Shown: piece after piece, positions 11,129 to 21,116 of the stretch
How the letters are laid out: each line of letters begins with the position of its first letter
How positions within the stretch are numbered: the first letter of the stretch is position 1
Assembly (NCBI GenBank): GCA_965279515.1
Contig: CBDIID010000003.1
Coordinates: 4,160,001 to 4,224,000 of the forward strand
Direction of reading: 5' to 3'
Length of the DNA stretch: 64,000 nucleotides
From: Turneriella sp.
GTDB taxonomy: Bacteria; Spirochaetota; Leptospiria; Turneriellales; Turneriellaceae
Notes under the pieces: model-generated
What the model was told of the DNA's origin: nothing
Databases searched by the model: none
What the model saw: only the letters and a program-made list of their open reading frames with translations
Made by a program: the position numbers and the translations under genes

Positions 11129-11878
11129 ATGATCACTACCAGTTTCGAAAATTCTGTTTATAGTATCACGCTCAATCGCCCCGAAAAACATAATGCCTTC
11201 GACGCCGAAATGATCAAGGCTGTCACGATGGCGGTCCAGGATATTCCCGCTGAAGCGCGGCTCGTGCTCTTTAGCGGCAACGGCAAGTCGTTTTGTGCGG
11301 GTGCCGATGTCTCTTACATGCGCCTGCAGGCAACATTTTCAGAAGAGCAGAACCGCGAGGACGCAAAAAAACTATCGCAGATGTTTGAAGCCATCTATGC
11401 ACTGCTGGTGCCGACGGTCGTCTACGCGCATGGCAATATTTTCGGCGGTGGCCTGGGTATTCTGGCCGCCTGCGATATTGCAATCGCCAGTGACGATGCG
11501 AAATTCTGTTTTTCCGAGGTTAAGCTGGGGATTATCCCCGCAGTCATTTCACCTTTTGTTTTAAGAAAAACCGGGGTGGGCTTTGCGCGGCGTTATTTCC
11601 AGTCGGGTGAAGTCTTTTCAGCGCAGGTCGCAGAGGCGGCGGGTCTCATCTCGCAGCGGATCAGCGGCTCGCAGTCGGCGGGTGTACTTGCCAACCTGCT
11701 CGCGGCGCTGACGGGTGCCGGCCGTGATGCGCAAAAAAGCGCCAAGAGACTTTTACGTTCTTATGAAAATTTTGAACCGATGAGCCGCGACCAGCTGATC
11801 CACGAACTGGCTAAACTGCGGTCGAGCGAAGATGCTCAGACGCGCATGAAAGATTTTCTCGATAAGGCAAAGAAATAA
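11129..11878 (+). CDS. Enoyl-CoA hydratase family, probable methylglutaconyl-CoA hydratase
   Basis: LNRPEKHNAF, FCAGAD, GGGLG, FSEVKLGIIPAVISP; directly follows the MCC beta gene. Confidence 0.85.
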   Translation: MITTSFENSVYSITLNRPEKHNAFDAEMIKAVTMAVQDIPAEARLVLFSGNGKSFCAGADVSYMRLQATFSEEQNREDAKKLSQMFEAIYALLVPTVVYAHGNIFGGGLGILAACDIAIASDDAKFCFSEVKLGIIPAVISPFVLRKTGVGFARRYFQSGEVFSAQVAEAAGLISQRISGSQSAGVLANLLAALTGAGRDAQKSAKRLLRSYENFEPMSRDQLIHELAKLRSSEDAQTRMKDFLDKAKK

Positions 11879-11912
11879 CGCCCCCTCCGTCTGGGGGAGG
11901 GGGATAGGGGCG
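11879..11912. repeat. GC-rich palindromic element between convergent genes (partial copy of the 39317-39422 element)
   Basis: CCCCCTCC...GGAGGGGG hairpin ending in GGGGATAGGGGCG, the exact reverse complement of CGCCCCTATCCCC at 39318-39330. Confidence 0.6.
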
Positions 11913-11914
11913 TT

Positions 11915-12838
11915 TTACGCGGGCAGTTGAAATAAACCTTCGATCGACAGGTAACGCTCGCCGGTGTCGTAGTTAAAGGTCAGCACGCGCGAACCCTTTT
12001 TGAGTTCGGGAAGTTTTTTCGCAACGGCAGCGAGTGAGGCACCGGAGGAAACTCCCACAAAGAGCGCCTCTTCTTTAGCGGCGCGTTTGGCGTATTCAAA
12101 TGCCTCTTCTTTCGTGACCTGTATCACACCGGTTAAGAGTTCTTTTTTCAGGTTCTTCGGAATAAACCCGGCGCCGATGCCCTGAATCGGGTGCGGGCCC
12201 GGCGCGCCGCCGGAAATCACGGGAGATGCCGAAGGCTCAACCGCGAAGACCTGCAGGTTCGGCCATTTCTGGCGCAGCACTTCGGTGACTCCCGTTAAAT
12301 GCCCGCCCGTGCCGACGCCGGTGATGAGTACGTCGATGCCTTCGGGGAAATCGCGCAGAATTTCCTGTGCGGTTGTCTTACGGTGTACTTCAATATTGGC
12401 TTCGTTTTCAAACTGTTGCGGCATCCACGAGTTGGGTGTTGCAGCCACAAGTTCGGTGGCCTTCTCGATCGCGCCCTTCATGCCTTTTTCGCGCGGCGTC
12501 AGTTCAAAACTGGCGCCGTAAGCAGCCATAATGGCCCGGCGCTCAACCGACATACTCTCAGGCATGACCAGAGTCAGTTTGTAGCCTTTTGCGGCCGCAA
12601 CCATCGCCAGACCGATACCGGTGTTACCCGATGTCGGTTCAATGATGATGCTGCCGGCCTTGAGGATGCCCTTGCGTTCGGCGTCTTCAATCATCGAAAG
12701 TGCGATGCGGTCTTTGATGCTGGCGCCGGGGTTCTGGCGCTCGAGCTTCACCCAGACTTCGTAGTCTGCGCTGTAGAGCTTGTTGATCAGGAGATGGGGG
12801 GTATTGCCGATAGCCTCGGTCATGCTTTTATATTTCAT
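11915..12838 (-). CDS. cysK: Cysteine synthase A
   Basis: [16 protein letters not shown] (PLP lysine), [32 protein letters not shown]. Start placed at MKYKSM (12838). Confidence 0.96.
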   Translation of the reverse strand: MKYKSMTEAIGNTPHLLINKLYSADYEVWVKLERQNPGASIKDRIALSMIEDAERKGILKAGSIIIEPTSGNTGIGLAMVAAAKGYKLTLVMPESMSVERRAIMAAYGASFELTPREKGMKGAIEKATELVAATPNSWMPQQFENEANIEVHRKTTAQEILRDFPEGIDVLITGVGTGGHLTGVTEVLRQKWPNLQVFAVEPSASPVISGGAPGPHPIQGIGAGFIPKNLKKELLTGVIQVTKEEAFEYAKRAAKEEALFVGVSSGASLAAVAKKLPELKKGSRVLTFNYDTGERYLSIEGLFQLPA

Positions 12839-12961
12839 GCGCCTGAAATGGGCTGCGGACACGCTACGGCAACACTTAAAGGCCGGTCGCGCAGCAAAAA
12901 AGTTAACGGGAATATGCTTTATGATTTACGCGTGTTCACGCCCGGGCTAACGGTATTCAGG

Positions 12962-13501
12962 ATGGCTTTCAACCGGGGACTCAAAGTTTTTATTCCGGTA
13001 TTTATCCTCATCGCTGGCGCGGGATGCCGGCTCGAGCGCCGCGAAGATTTTGATTTTTCGACGGATGTGCCGCTGCGCTGCGGTATTTTCAAGTCATACT
13101 ATTTTGTCCGTGAAGTGAAAGAAGAGATTTACCCCGATCTGGGCCTGGTTTTTATCAATCGTAAGCGCCTTGCGCTCGAGCCAGACCAGCAAAACAGCCT
13201 GGAGGTTGCCGCACGCGCCTGTACGGAACTCTGCGAAGTGAAAAAAGATCAGCTGCGTATGATGCAAGAGGCGATCAAGGCAAAGCTGGCCCTCAACGAA
13301 ATCAAGGGCGATCTGCGTCTTTTGGCGAAAGAGGTGCGTGAATTCGAAGCTGCCAAAGCCGAATGGCTGGCGGAGCATACGGCCCGCTATCACAAGGGTC
13401 TCGAAATATTAACGGAAGCGCAGCGAGCGCATTGGGTTATCGCCGAACGGTCTTTGAAAGCGTTGCCGCCGGGCGGTGCGAAGAGCGCGGAAAAGCGCTG
13501 A
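12962..13501 (+). CDS. Helical lipoprotein, Spy/CpxP-like
   Basis: Signal peptide MAFNRGLKVFIPVFILIAGAGC, helical body, C-terminal LTEAQR (LTxxQ-like). The listed 400-aa ORF has a spurious N-terminus antisense to cysK. Confidence 0.6.
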   Translation: MAFNRGLKVFIPVFILIAGAGCRLERREDFDFSTDVPLRCGIFKSYYFVREVKEEIYPDLGLVFINRKRLALEPDQQNSLEVAARACTELCEVKKDQLRMMQEAIKAKLALNEIKGDLRLLAKEVREFEAAKAEWLAEHTARYHKGLEILTEAQRAHWVIAERSLKALPPGGAKSAEKR

Positions 13502-13507
13502 GCTGTT

Positions 13508-14746
13508 ATGTTCTGGCAGCGGATCCGGGAGTTACCTTGGTGGGCGATCAGTTTATCGCTCGGCGTCAACATCGTGTCGCTTGGCGGCGCGATTATCTGT
13601 ATCTCTGTTTTCCGCGAGCGGATTCCCCTGATCGTCGTCGGATTTTTGTTTGTGCACATTTTCATCTCGCAGCCGCTCAAAGACTGGATCATTGCGCGCA
13701 TGGGTTTAAGCGCGCGCTACTCGGGCCAGACCACGTTTCTCAGCTTTGAGAACCGTACGCAGCGCATCATGCACGTGCGCGATATTCTCGATTTTTTGAG
13801 CTGGCTGATACGCGCGTGGAAGCTGACACGTGTGCGGATTGTCATCTTCGATGAAGAGGACTTCGTGTATTTCCTCACGCGCGATAAACGTGCGCGTAAG
13901 ATGAAGCTGCGCGACGATATTACCGATGAATTCAGGCGTGAGCTGGCGCTTTATCCCGGCGGCCATGCGGTGAGTTCGCTGTCGCCGCCGCTCAAGGCCT
14001 ATATGCAGGCGCGCAAGGTAAAATTTGTCGTACCCCTCTTATTCCGTGAGCGCCTGATCGGCATTCTGGGTTTCACCGAACTCATCGACAAGGCCCGCCA
14101 GCCGTTTGTCGACCACGCCGCGCACCGCATTAGCCTCGCGATCGAAAACGACCAGCTGGAGCGTACTGTTCCGCGCAGCGAATTTCTGAAAAAGGAGTTT
14201 CGCCTTGCCGAGCGCATCGAGCGGCACCTCAGTGGGGCATCCACCTACCGTGCCGGCGCCTACACGATACAAAAACTCGATACCGCCTGGGAGAAAAAAC
14301 ATTTTGCCGCGATCTTTGGCTGCACCGAGGGTGACGGCGTCTTTTTCGTGATGCTCTTGCGCCTCAGCCATGCCTCGACACGTTCGAATGCGCTGCAGCT
14401 GTTTTCCACGCAGGGGTATTTTTATGCGCTTTGCCGCGGCCAAAGCGACATCACGGCCCTGGGCCGGTCGTTGCACCAGAGCCTCGTCAGCAATGAGAGC
14501 CAGCCGCTTTTCCTCGAAGGTTTTCTCGTCGCCTTGCCGCCCGCGCATAAGCCCGTGGGAATTTTAGCGTTTGGCAGCCACCTCGCCTACCGCGGCCTCG
14601 GCGGCTGGACCTGGATTAAAGAGAGCGTGCCGCTGGGCGCAGAGGCGTTTAACCCTGCTGATGCTCTCGAGCTGCCGTCGCAAAAGGAGCTTATCCTCAG
14701 CATGCGTGAATATCCGCTGCTGCTCATCAGTGGAGGCGCCGCGTGA
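13508..14746 (+). CDS. Membrane protein with GAF-like segment and degenerate SpoIIE/PP2C-like C-terminus
   Basis: Two N-terminal TM helices, VVPLLFRERLIGILGF...ISLAIEN, linker KKEFRLAERIERHL; PP2C catalytic aspartates not recognisable. Confidence 0.6.
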   Translation: MFWQRIRELPWWAISLSLGVNIVSLGGAIICISVFRERIPLIVVGFLFVHIFISQPLKDWIIARMGLSARYSGQTTFLSFENRTQRIMHVRDILDFLSWLIRAWKLTRVRIVIFDEEDFVYFLTRDKRARKMKLRDDITDEFRRELALYPGGHAVSSLSPPLKAYMQARKVKFVVPLLFRERLIGILGFTELIDKARQPFVDHAAHRISLAIENDQLERTVPRSEFLKKEFRLAERIERHLSGASTYRAGAYTIQKLDTAWEKKHFAAIFGCTEGDGVFFVMLLRLSHASTRSNALQLFSTQGYFYALCRGQSDITALGRSLHQSLVSNESQPLFLEGFLVALPPAHKPVGILAFGSHLAYRGLGGWTWIKESVPLGAEAFNPADALELPSQKELILSMREYPLLLISGGAA

Positions 14747-17007
14747 TACGCGCGCTCTGGCTCGCCGGCTACCTGGCCCTGCTTGTCGCGGTGCCGCTGC
14801 AGCTCTGGACGACCGTGCATTTTGTCGACCAGCACAAGCCGCGGATTCTCACCACCCCCAATGACCTGGCACTGATTCCATTAACCTTCAACATACCCGA
14901 CAAGGCTTTCTATCTCAGGCCCTATGCGGGAATCCCCGCCGATCCGGGCGAACTCAAGTACGTACAGGCATTGCTGCCCATTTACGCCGCAGCGTTTTTC
15001 TTCTGGTTTACCGGGATTTTCCTCTACATCTTCTCCCGTGTGCGCCGCCTCGAACGCGCGTATATACTGTTCAGCGCTTTTGTCGCGACCTACCTGCTCT
15101 TGTTTGTGGATTTTTTTACGCGGAGATATACCGGTAATTTTTTCCTCTCCTATAATATTATCGTGATTGCCCCGTTTCTTTATCTGTACCGCAGCGTCTA
15201 CGAGCTCGAGACGCGCGGCTTTTTTTATCCCGTCATCATGGCGGCAGGCACTGCGGTATTTTTTCTTTTGCCCGTGAAGAGCGCTGCGGATGAAATTCTT
15301 TTCATAAAAATTCTGGGCGGCGTGTTCTTCGCTGTATTTCTCTACTGCGCTTATTTGTTTGTCCGGTCGGAGCGACACCGCGAGCGCGCGCAGAATACGC
15401 GCAAGCTGTGGGCAGGCCGCATCTTCAATTTATCGCTGATCTTTGCCGTTGCCTTACCCCCGGCATTTTTCTTTATGCTCTATTATACGCCGGTGCGGAT
15501 CGACATCAATTATAACGCGCTGTTCTTTTTGCCAGCACTTTTTCCGATTATTTTCCTGACGCTGAGCCTGAGATGGGGCCTTGTCAGCTTCCATGTGCCG
15601 ATCAGTCTTATGGCCGTGCGTTTCATGTATTTCGCTTTTTTCGGATTTCTCTACTGGTTCACGATCGGCTTCAGCCTTGGTGAGATTTACCAGAGCGAGA
15701 CGACACGGGTCGGGCATGTCTGGATCCTGGGACTTTTTCTTTTGCTCATCGACCCTTTCCGCACGGCGCTGCTTGCCTCGCTCGATTCTTATACCAGTGC
15801 GCGCCGCAAGGTGCTCGATTCGTTTCTGCTGCAGAGTTCGCAGCAGATCGCCAACCCCCGCCGTGTGAGCCACTTCATCGACCGGCTTGCCGGTTCGCTG
15901 AGCGAAGGTTTGGGCACCGGCTGGACCAAGGTTATCATGAGTCGCGATCTGTTCCTCAACTGGGATACCGACAGCGATAAAGTGATCTATCTGCCGTCAG
16001 ACGATCCGTTCTGGTCGCAGACACGGGGTCGCCTGCGGCGCGGTAAATATCCGGTGCTGACGCGCACTTTTATCGGTCCCGTGCGCGACTTTTTGCAGAG
16101 CCATGGCGGATATCTCGCTGTGACGATGGGCAAATTCAAGGCGGGCATTCTCATTCCTGAACGCCGCGAGAATATTCCGTATTATAATGAGGATATCCGG
16201 TTTTTACGCCAGATCGCGCGTGAGGCGGAGATTCTCATCCAGAACTATCTTTTCCTTATTGAAAACGTGAAACTCAAGCGGCGCGAACGCGAGCTCGCCG
16301 ACAATGCGCGTATCCAGCGGCGGATTATCCCCGGTTTTCTTGAGTTTGAGCGCTTCTCGTTCTGGTCTTACAGCCATGCGTATGAAAGCGTGACCGGAGA
16401 CTATATCGACCTCATCGAGACCGAACCCGGCAAGTACGTGGTGCTGCTCGGCGACGTTTCGGGGCATGGCATTTCGAGCGGTTATCTCGTGTCCTTTGCG
16501 CGCGCCTACCTCAGGGGTGGCCTTGTCGACAGAAAAGAAACCCTTGCCTCGGCGATTGGCGGGCTCAATGCCTATCTCGCTGAAAACTACCGCGGCAATG
16601 AATTTATCACGCTCTTTGCGCTGCAGATGCGGTTTACCGAACAGGAAATTCAACTCAGCTATATCAATGCCGGCCAGCACCCGGCGTTACTCTACCAGGG
16701 TGGCAGGCTGACAGAGCTGCAGGAGAGCCAGCGGCTTCTGGGTGTTACGCAGAATGACTACAACGAAACGAGCCTGAAGCTCGAGGGCGATCCGGCCAGG
16801 TTGATCTTATATTCCGATGGCGCGTTCGATGTTTTCAATAAGTCGGGAAAACTTCTCGGGCAGAAGAAATTCTTTGATTGGGTTGAATCGTCGCTCGATA
16901 AGACCGCCCCCGATCAGCTTGCTTTTCTCAGACAGCGGATTGAATCTTATACGGGGTCGGGCGATGAGAGCGACGATCTCGCCCTCATCATTATACAGAC
17001 GCGTTAA
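14743..17007 (+). CDS. Multi-TM SpoIIE/RsbU-family PP2C serine phosphatase
   Basis: VTGDYID, LGDVSGHG, YINAGQHP, LYSDG and SDDLA motifs after a multi-TM region and a GAF-like region. Confidence 0.92.
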   Translation: MIRALWLAGYLALLVAVPLQLWTTVHFVDQHKPRILTTPNDLALIPLTFNIPDKAFYLRPYAGIPADPGELKYVQALLPIYAAAFFFWFTGIFLYIFSRVRRLERAYILFSAFVATYLLLFVDFFTRRYTGNFFLSYNIIVIAPFLYLYRSVYELETRGFFYPVIMAAGTAVFFLLPVKSAADEILFIKILGGVFFAVFLYCAYLFVRSERHRERAQNTRKLWAGRIFNLSLIFAVALPPAFFFMLYYTPVRIDINYNALFFLPALFPIIFLTLSLRWGLVSFHVPISLMAVRFMYFAFFGFLYWFTIGFSLGEIYQSETTRVGHVWILGLFLLLIDPFRTALLASLDSYTSARRKVLDSFLLQSSQQIANPRRVSHFIDRLAGSLSEGLGTGWTKVIMSRDLFLNWDTDSDKVIYLPSDDPFWSQTRGRLRRGKYPVLTRTFIGPVRDFLQSHGGYLAVTMGKFKAGILIPERRENIPYYNEDIRFLRQIAREAEILIQNYLFLIENVKLKRRERELADNARIQRRIIPGFLEFERFSFWSYSHAYESVTGDYIDLIETEPGKYVVLLGDVSGHGISSGYLVSFARAYLRGGLVDRKETLASAIGGLNAYLAENYRGNEFITLFALQMRFTEQEIQLSYINAGQHPALLYQGGRLTELQESQRLLGVTQNDYNETSLKLEGDPARLILYSDGAFDVFNKSGKLLGQKKFFDWVESSLDKTAPDQLAFLRQRIESYTGSGDESDDLALIIIQTR

Positions 17008-18296
17008 TTCTCGGGTGCGCCTTTTGCTTTGTTGTAACGTACGATACGGATATTGTGGCGGTGGATTTCGAGAGCCGCGGTGAGCAGCTGGCCGTAGTTG
17101 CCTTTGCCGGCTGTATCAAAAGATTTTTCGAAAGTGATGTCTTTGGGCAGGTCTTTAACCTTCGCCAGTTCAGCGGCACCGTTGTCGATTTTTGTATAAG
17201 CTGCGGCGGCGGGCAGAGCTGAACTCTTGCGGCCTGTGACGGAAAAGAAATATGTAAATCCACCGGCATCGACCGGGCCGACGATTTGGCCGACAGGGGC
17301 CGAGACGCGCTGTTTGACAAAAACATCAGACTGCGAAAGCGGAGAGAGGCTGATGGCAGCATTGTCTTTTCCTTTTTTGGAGTCGAGATCTGTGGCGAGG
17401 CCGACATCATCGATGGCGATGGTTTTGGTGCCGGCCGCCGTGGCAACGGCGTCGATGCCGGCTTTCGAGGCCTGGGTGAGCGCAGTTGCGAAATCTTTTT
17501 CGAGCGTTGCACGTTTTTCATTGAAGAGCGTCGCTTTGATGGTATCGCGTTTCGGCTGGTCGAGCACCGATTTGGGATCTTTACTCAGGAACTCTGCCTT
17601 GAACTTGTCCTGGATTTCCTGTTCTGCGGGGTTAAAACGACCCCGCAGAATCTTATCTTTGCTGCCGGAGTCGACGGCGACAATGCGGAATGAATTTTGC
17701 GTGGTGGCGAAACGGATGTCGTCGAGCACCGCAAAATCTGAAGCGTAACTCGTCGCCTGCAGCATCTCGTACGCTTTCTGCGGACCGTAATCGTGCAACA
17801 TGTTGCGGCCGATCTGGTCGAGGGTCAGGCGGCGTTGGGAGAGAAATTCATTGAGCCGCTCGGTGTCGAGCTTGCCGTTGACGATATATTCGCCAAACTG
17901 GCGTTTATAGAATGTGGCGAGAATCTTCGCTTCGCTGGAACTCATGGGCACATAACCGGCGCGGTTCAGAATCTGCGTGAAAATTTTGCGGTCGATCGCC
18001 TCGTCGAGGGCACGGCCTTTGGCCATATCTTCGAACAGTTTGCGGTTTTTTTCGTCCAAGCCCTTCATGTTCTGCATCATGCGTTCTTCGATGCGTTTCT
18101 GGTAGTCGGCGACCTCGGCTTTGCTGAGGTATTCGGTGCCGACTTTCGCGGCATTATAGGCATCCATCCGTGAACTCGACCCCATAAAGTCCGGCATGCC
18201 GAACGATACGACGATAATCGCAAACAAAAAGATGAGGAAGATCCAGGTTCCGAATTTGACAAGCTTCTCACGGAACGTCACGGGTGATTCTGACAT
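17004..18296 (-). CDS. SurA N-terminal domain / PpiD-like membrane-anchored chaperone
   Basis: N-terminal TM followed by AAKVGTEYLS; GQIVGPVDAGGFTYFF resembles a degenerate parvulin end. Confidence 0.7.
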   Translation of the reverse strand: MSESPVTFREKLVKFGTWIFLIFLFAIIVVSFGMPDFMGSSSRMDAYNAAKVGTEYLSKAEVADYQKRIEERMMQNMKGLDEKNRKLFEDMAKGRALDEAIDRKIFTQILNRAGYVPMSSSEAKILATFYKRQFGEYIVNGKLDTERLNEFLSQRRLTLDQIGRNMLHDYGPQKAYEMLQATSYASDFAVLDDIRFATTQNSFRIVAVDSGSKDKILRGRFNPAEQEIQDKFKAEFLSKDPKSVLDQPKRDTIKATLFNEKRATLEKDFATALTQASKAGIDAVATAAGTKTIAIDDVGLATDLDSKKGKDNAAISLSPLSQSDVFVKQRVSAPVGQIVGPVDAGGFTYFFSVTGRKSSALPAAAAYTKIDNGAAELAKVKDLPKDITFEKSFDTAGKGNYGQLLTAALEIHRHNIRIVRYNKAKGAPEN

Positions 18297-18357
18297 TTGC
18301 CAGTTTCGATTTTTGATTTACCCCATCAAACTGAATTCAAGGCCGACGGCACATCTC

Positions 18358-19617
18358 ATGAATGACTATATCAGCCGGATTGCCGACGACGCGCTCGAAG
18401 TTTCTGCCGAACTCAGGCAGGTGTCGACCGCGCGTAAAAACGCGGCACTCACCAAACTGGCCGAGCTTATCGTCAGCCATGGTACAGAACTCAAAGCCGA
18501 AAACGCACGCGACATCGCCTATGCCCGCGAAACGGGTCTCGAGGCGAGCCTTTTAGACCGCCTCACCATCACCGACAAAGTGATTGCCGCGATGAGCAAG
18601 GCGGCTCTCGAAATTGCGGCATTGCCCGACCCGGTGGGAGAGGTCGTCGAAGGCCGTACCCTCGCCAGCGGCATCCGCCTCACCAAGGTGCGCACTCCTT
18701 TGGGCGTCGTGGCACTGATCTATGAATCGCGGCCGAATGTCACCATCGACGTCGGTGCGCTTTGCTTAAAATCGGGGAATGCCGCAATTCTGCGCGGCGG
18801 CAAAGAAGCGATTCACAGTAACCGTGCCCTGACCAAAATTTTCCATGAGGCGCTCGAATCGCAAAAGATTCCGGCCGCAGCGGTGCAGCTGATCGAGAAA
18901 ACGGAACGCAGCCTGATCGTCGACCTGGTGAAATGCACAAAACAGATCGATCTCGTTGTGCCGCGCGGCGGTGAGGCGCTGATCCAGTTTGTCACCGAAA
19001 ACAGTCTTATACCCGTCGTGAAGCACGACAAGGGTGTCTGCAATATCTACATTGAAAAAGATGCGCCGCTGGCGATGGCACGCGACATTGTCATCAACTC
19101 GAAGACGCAGCGTCCCGGTGTCTGTAACACGGCGGAGTGCCTTCTGGTACACAAGCAGTGGCCGCACACGGCTGAACTGATGGCCGCGCTCAATGCGAAG
19201 GGCGTGACACTGCACAGCGATGCGGGTGGCATTCAGGATTTTGGTGAGCTCGGTGTCAAAGTCGAGCCGTTCGTCAACGATCTTGGTTTCGGCCACGAAT
19301 ACCTGAGCCTCGACATTGGTGTGCGTATCGTGGGCGATCTGGACGAGGCGGTTAGGCATATTTTGGAATACGGCTCGAAACATTCGGAAGCGATTATCAC
19401 CGAAGAGCTGCCCCTTGCGCAAAAGTTCATCGATGCGCTCGATTCGGCAGCGGTGTTTGTCAACGCCTCCACGCGGTTCCATGATGGCGGCGAGTTTGGC
19501 CTCGGCGCCGAAGTCGGCATCGCCACGGGCAAGCTGCATGTGCGCGGGCCAATGGGCCTCAAAGACCTGACCACAACCAGGTATATTGCCATGGGGCACG
19601 GGGAAATCCGCAACTGA
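18358..19617 (+). CDS. proA: Gamma-glutamyl phosphate reductase
   Basis: PLGVVALIYESRPNVT, LKSGNAAILRGGKEA, QRPGVCN, VNASTRFHDGGEFGLGAEVGIATGKLHVRGPMG. Start at MNDYIS. Confidence 0.97.
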   Translation: MNDYISRIADDALEVSAELRQVSTARKNAALTKLAELIVSHGTELKAENARDIAYARETGLEASLLDRLTITDKVIAAMSKAALEIAALPDPVGEVVEGRTLASGIRLTKVRTPLGVVALIYESRPNVTIDVGALCLKSGNAAILRGGKEAIHSNRALTKIFHEALESQKIPAAAVQLIEKTERSLIVDLVKCTKQIDLVVPRGGEALIQFVTENSLIPVVKHDKGVCNIYIEKDAPLAMARDIVINSKTQRPGVCNTAECLLVHKQWPHTAELMAALNAKGVTLHSDAGGIQDFGELGVKVEPFVNDLGFGHEYLSLDIGVRIVGDLDEAVRHILEYGSKHSEAIITEELPLAQKFIDALDSAAVFVNASTRFHDGGEFGLGAEVGIATGKLHVRGPMGLKDLTTTRYIAMGHGEIRN

Positions 19618-19643
19618 GCGATTCCGCTGTCAGTGACGGGGCT

Positions 19644-20204
19644 TTGCAGAAGATCTATTTTTTCGGCGGTACCTTTGACCCGCCGCACCGCGGCCACTTA
19701 CAGATTATCCGCCATATTCTCCGCAGCGAGCCCAATGCTTCGGTGATCGCCATGCCGGCGGCGAGTGCGCCGCTGCGCGCCGACGAGCGCCTGTTTTCAT
19801 ACCGCGAACGTTTTTATCTTTTGCGCAGGCTCTTGCAGAAGGAAATAGCACAGGGTAAGGTGATTCTGTCGGTTTTGGAAAAGCGGCTGCCGAAACCCGG
19901 CTTTACGGTGAACACGCTTTCAGCACTGGCTAAAATCTGCACGATAAAACCCATTGTCGTCATCGGTGCCGATCAGGCGAAAAAGCTCAGTTCGTGGCAC
20001 CGCAGCGAAGATTTAATCCGCGATTTTCAGTTTCTGATTTTTGCCCGGGACTGTCTCTTGCCCCAGGAACTGCCCAAGCTCAAGGCAAGTTTCGTCGCAG
20101 ATTTCGCTGAAGATGTTTCGGCAACCCAGATGCGCGCTCGCCTCGCAGGGTTGCCGCCACAAGAACGGCTGCAGGCAGCTCTCGCTGCGGGCAATCCGCC
20201 TTAA
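19644..20204 (+). CDS. nadD: Nicotinate-nucleotide adenylyltransferase
   Basis: FGGTFDPPHRGH, VIGADQ, VSAT; follows proA. Confidence 0.88.
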   Translation: MQKIYFFGGTFDPPHRGHLQIIRHILRSEPNASVIAMPAASAPLRADERLFSYRERFYLLRRLLQKEIAQGKVILSVLEKRLPKPGFTVNTLSALAKICTIKPIVVIGADQAKKLSSWHRSEDLIRDFQFLIFARDCLLPQELPKLKASFVADFAEDVSATQMRARLAGLPPQERLQAALAAGNPP

Positions 20205-21100
20205 CCGACAAAATACAATAAAAACCGCATGCCGATTTGGGCGAGTGCATGGTGCGGGCGGCGCCAAAACGGCAGCGCCTTAAAGAGAAAATGCGGAGTG
20301 ATTGCGGCGGCGAACAGGAAAACGATGAGGCTGGCCTTGGGCGAAATATAGAAGACGAGCGCGCCGTAATAAACCGCCAGTTGCGCTACGTGAAATAGCA
20401 AAAATCTGCCGGAGAACCAACCAGGAAAATTTTTATCAGCGTTCCAGATGCGGAAGGCCGAGACCGTGGCGGCGCCGGTACCGAGCAGGGGCACAGCGCC
20501 GGCGGTGTTGACAGCAAAACTTTCGCCGCGGATGATTTCAGGTTTTGAAGCAGTGACGGCCTGCAGATAGTCGGCATAGTTTTTCTTTTCAAAAAAACTA
20601 TTCAGCCGGATATTCTGCGCTTTGCTGAGCCGTCTTTTATGCAAAGCAAAGGCATGGCCATTCTGCGCGCCTTGCGGGTAGAGGTAGTTCTTTAACGCCA
20701 GCCGCGCGTTGCGCCATAAGAATGCGAAGACAGATTCACCCGGACGTTTCTGCGCGCGCGTGGCGTCGAGTTGCACGACCGCATGGCGTTCAGAGAGCCC
20801 CATCAGGTGCCAGACATCAGGCGCGGCAATCAGCAGTGAATCGTCCAGCACGACGACGGTATCGCTTGTCGCGGCGGCGATGCGTTCAGCGAAAGGAAAA
20901 TTTTCGCCGCTGCGCAGGCGCGTGTAGCGCACACCCTCGTGGGGTTCGGCCCAATCGAGCAGCTTTGCAGGCTCATGGTAGTAGATTTCGAGACTTGCCG
21001 GCGTTGTGCTTTTGCGGATAATCCGCTTTAACAGTGCAATGTTCCAGCGGTCGATGCGCGAGTCATTTCCGGCACGGTAGAGGAGGGTGTGTCCGGTCAG
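20201..21100 (-). CDS. Glycosyltransferase-2-like membrane protein, probable CTG start at 21100
   Basis: The frame stays open upstream of the listed GTG (20932) to a CTG at 21100 preceded by AAGGGAGGG. TSDTVVVLDDS resembles a GT-A DxD strand; C-terminal TM helices. Confidence 0.55.
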   Translation of the reverse strand: MTGHTLLYRAGNDSRIDRWNIALLKRIIRKSTTPASLEIYYHEPAKLLDWAEPHEGVRYTRLRSGENFPFAERIAAATSDTVVVLDDSLLIAAPDVWHLMGLSERHAVVQLDATRAQKRPGESVFAFLWRNARLALKNYLYPQGAQNGHAFALHKRRLSKAQNIRLNSFFEKKNYADYLQAVTASKPEIIRGESFAVNTAGAVPLLGTGAATVSAFRIWNADKNFPGWFSGRFLLFHVAQLAVYYGALVFYISPKASLIVFLFAAAITPHFLFKALPFWRRPHHALAQIGMRFLLYFVG

Positions 21101-21116
21101 GGGGCCCTCCCTTATG

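Noticed and set aside
12299..12961. N-terminal 221 codons of the listed 400-aa ORF
   Set aside because: Mostly antisense to cysK; a clear lipoprotein signal begins at 12962.
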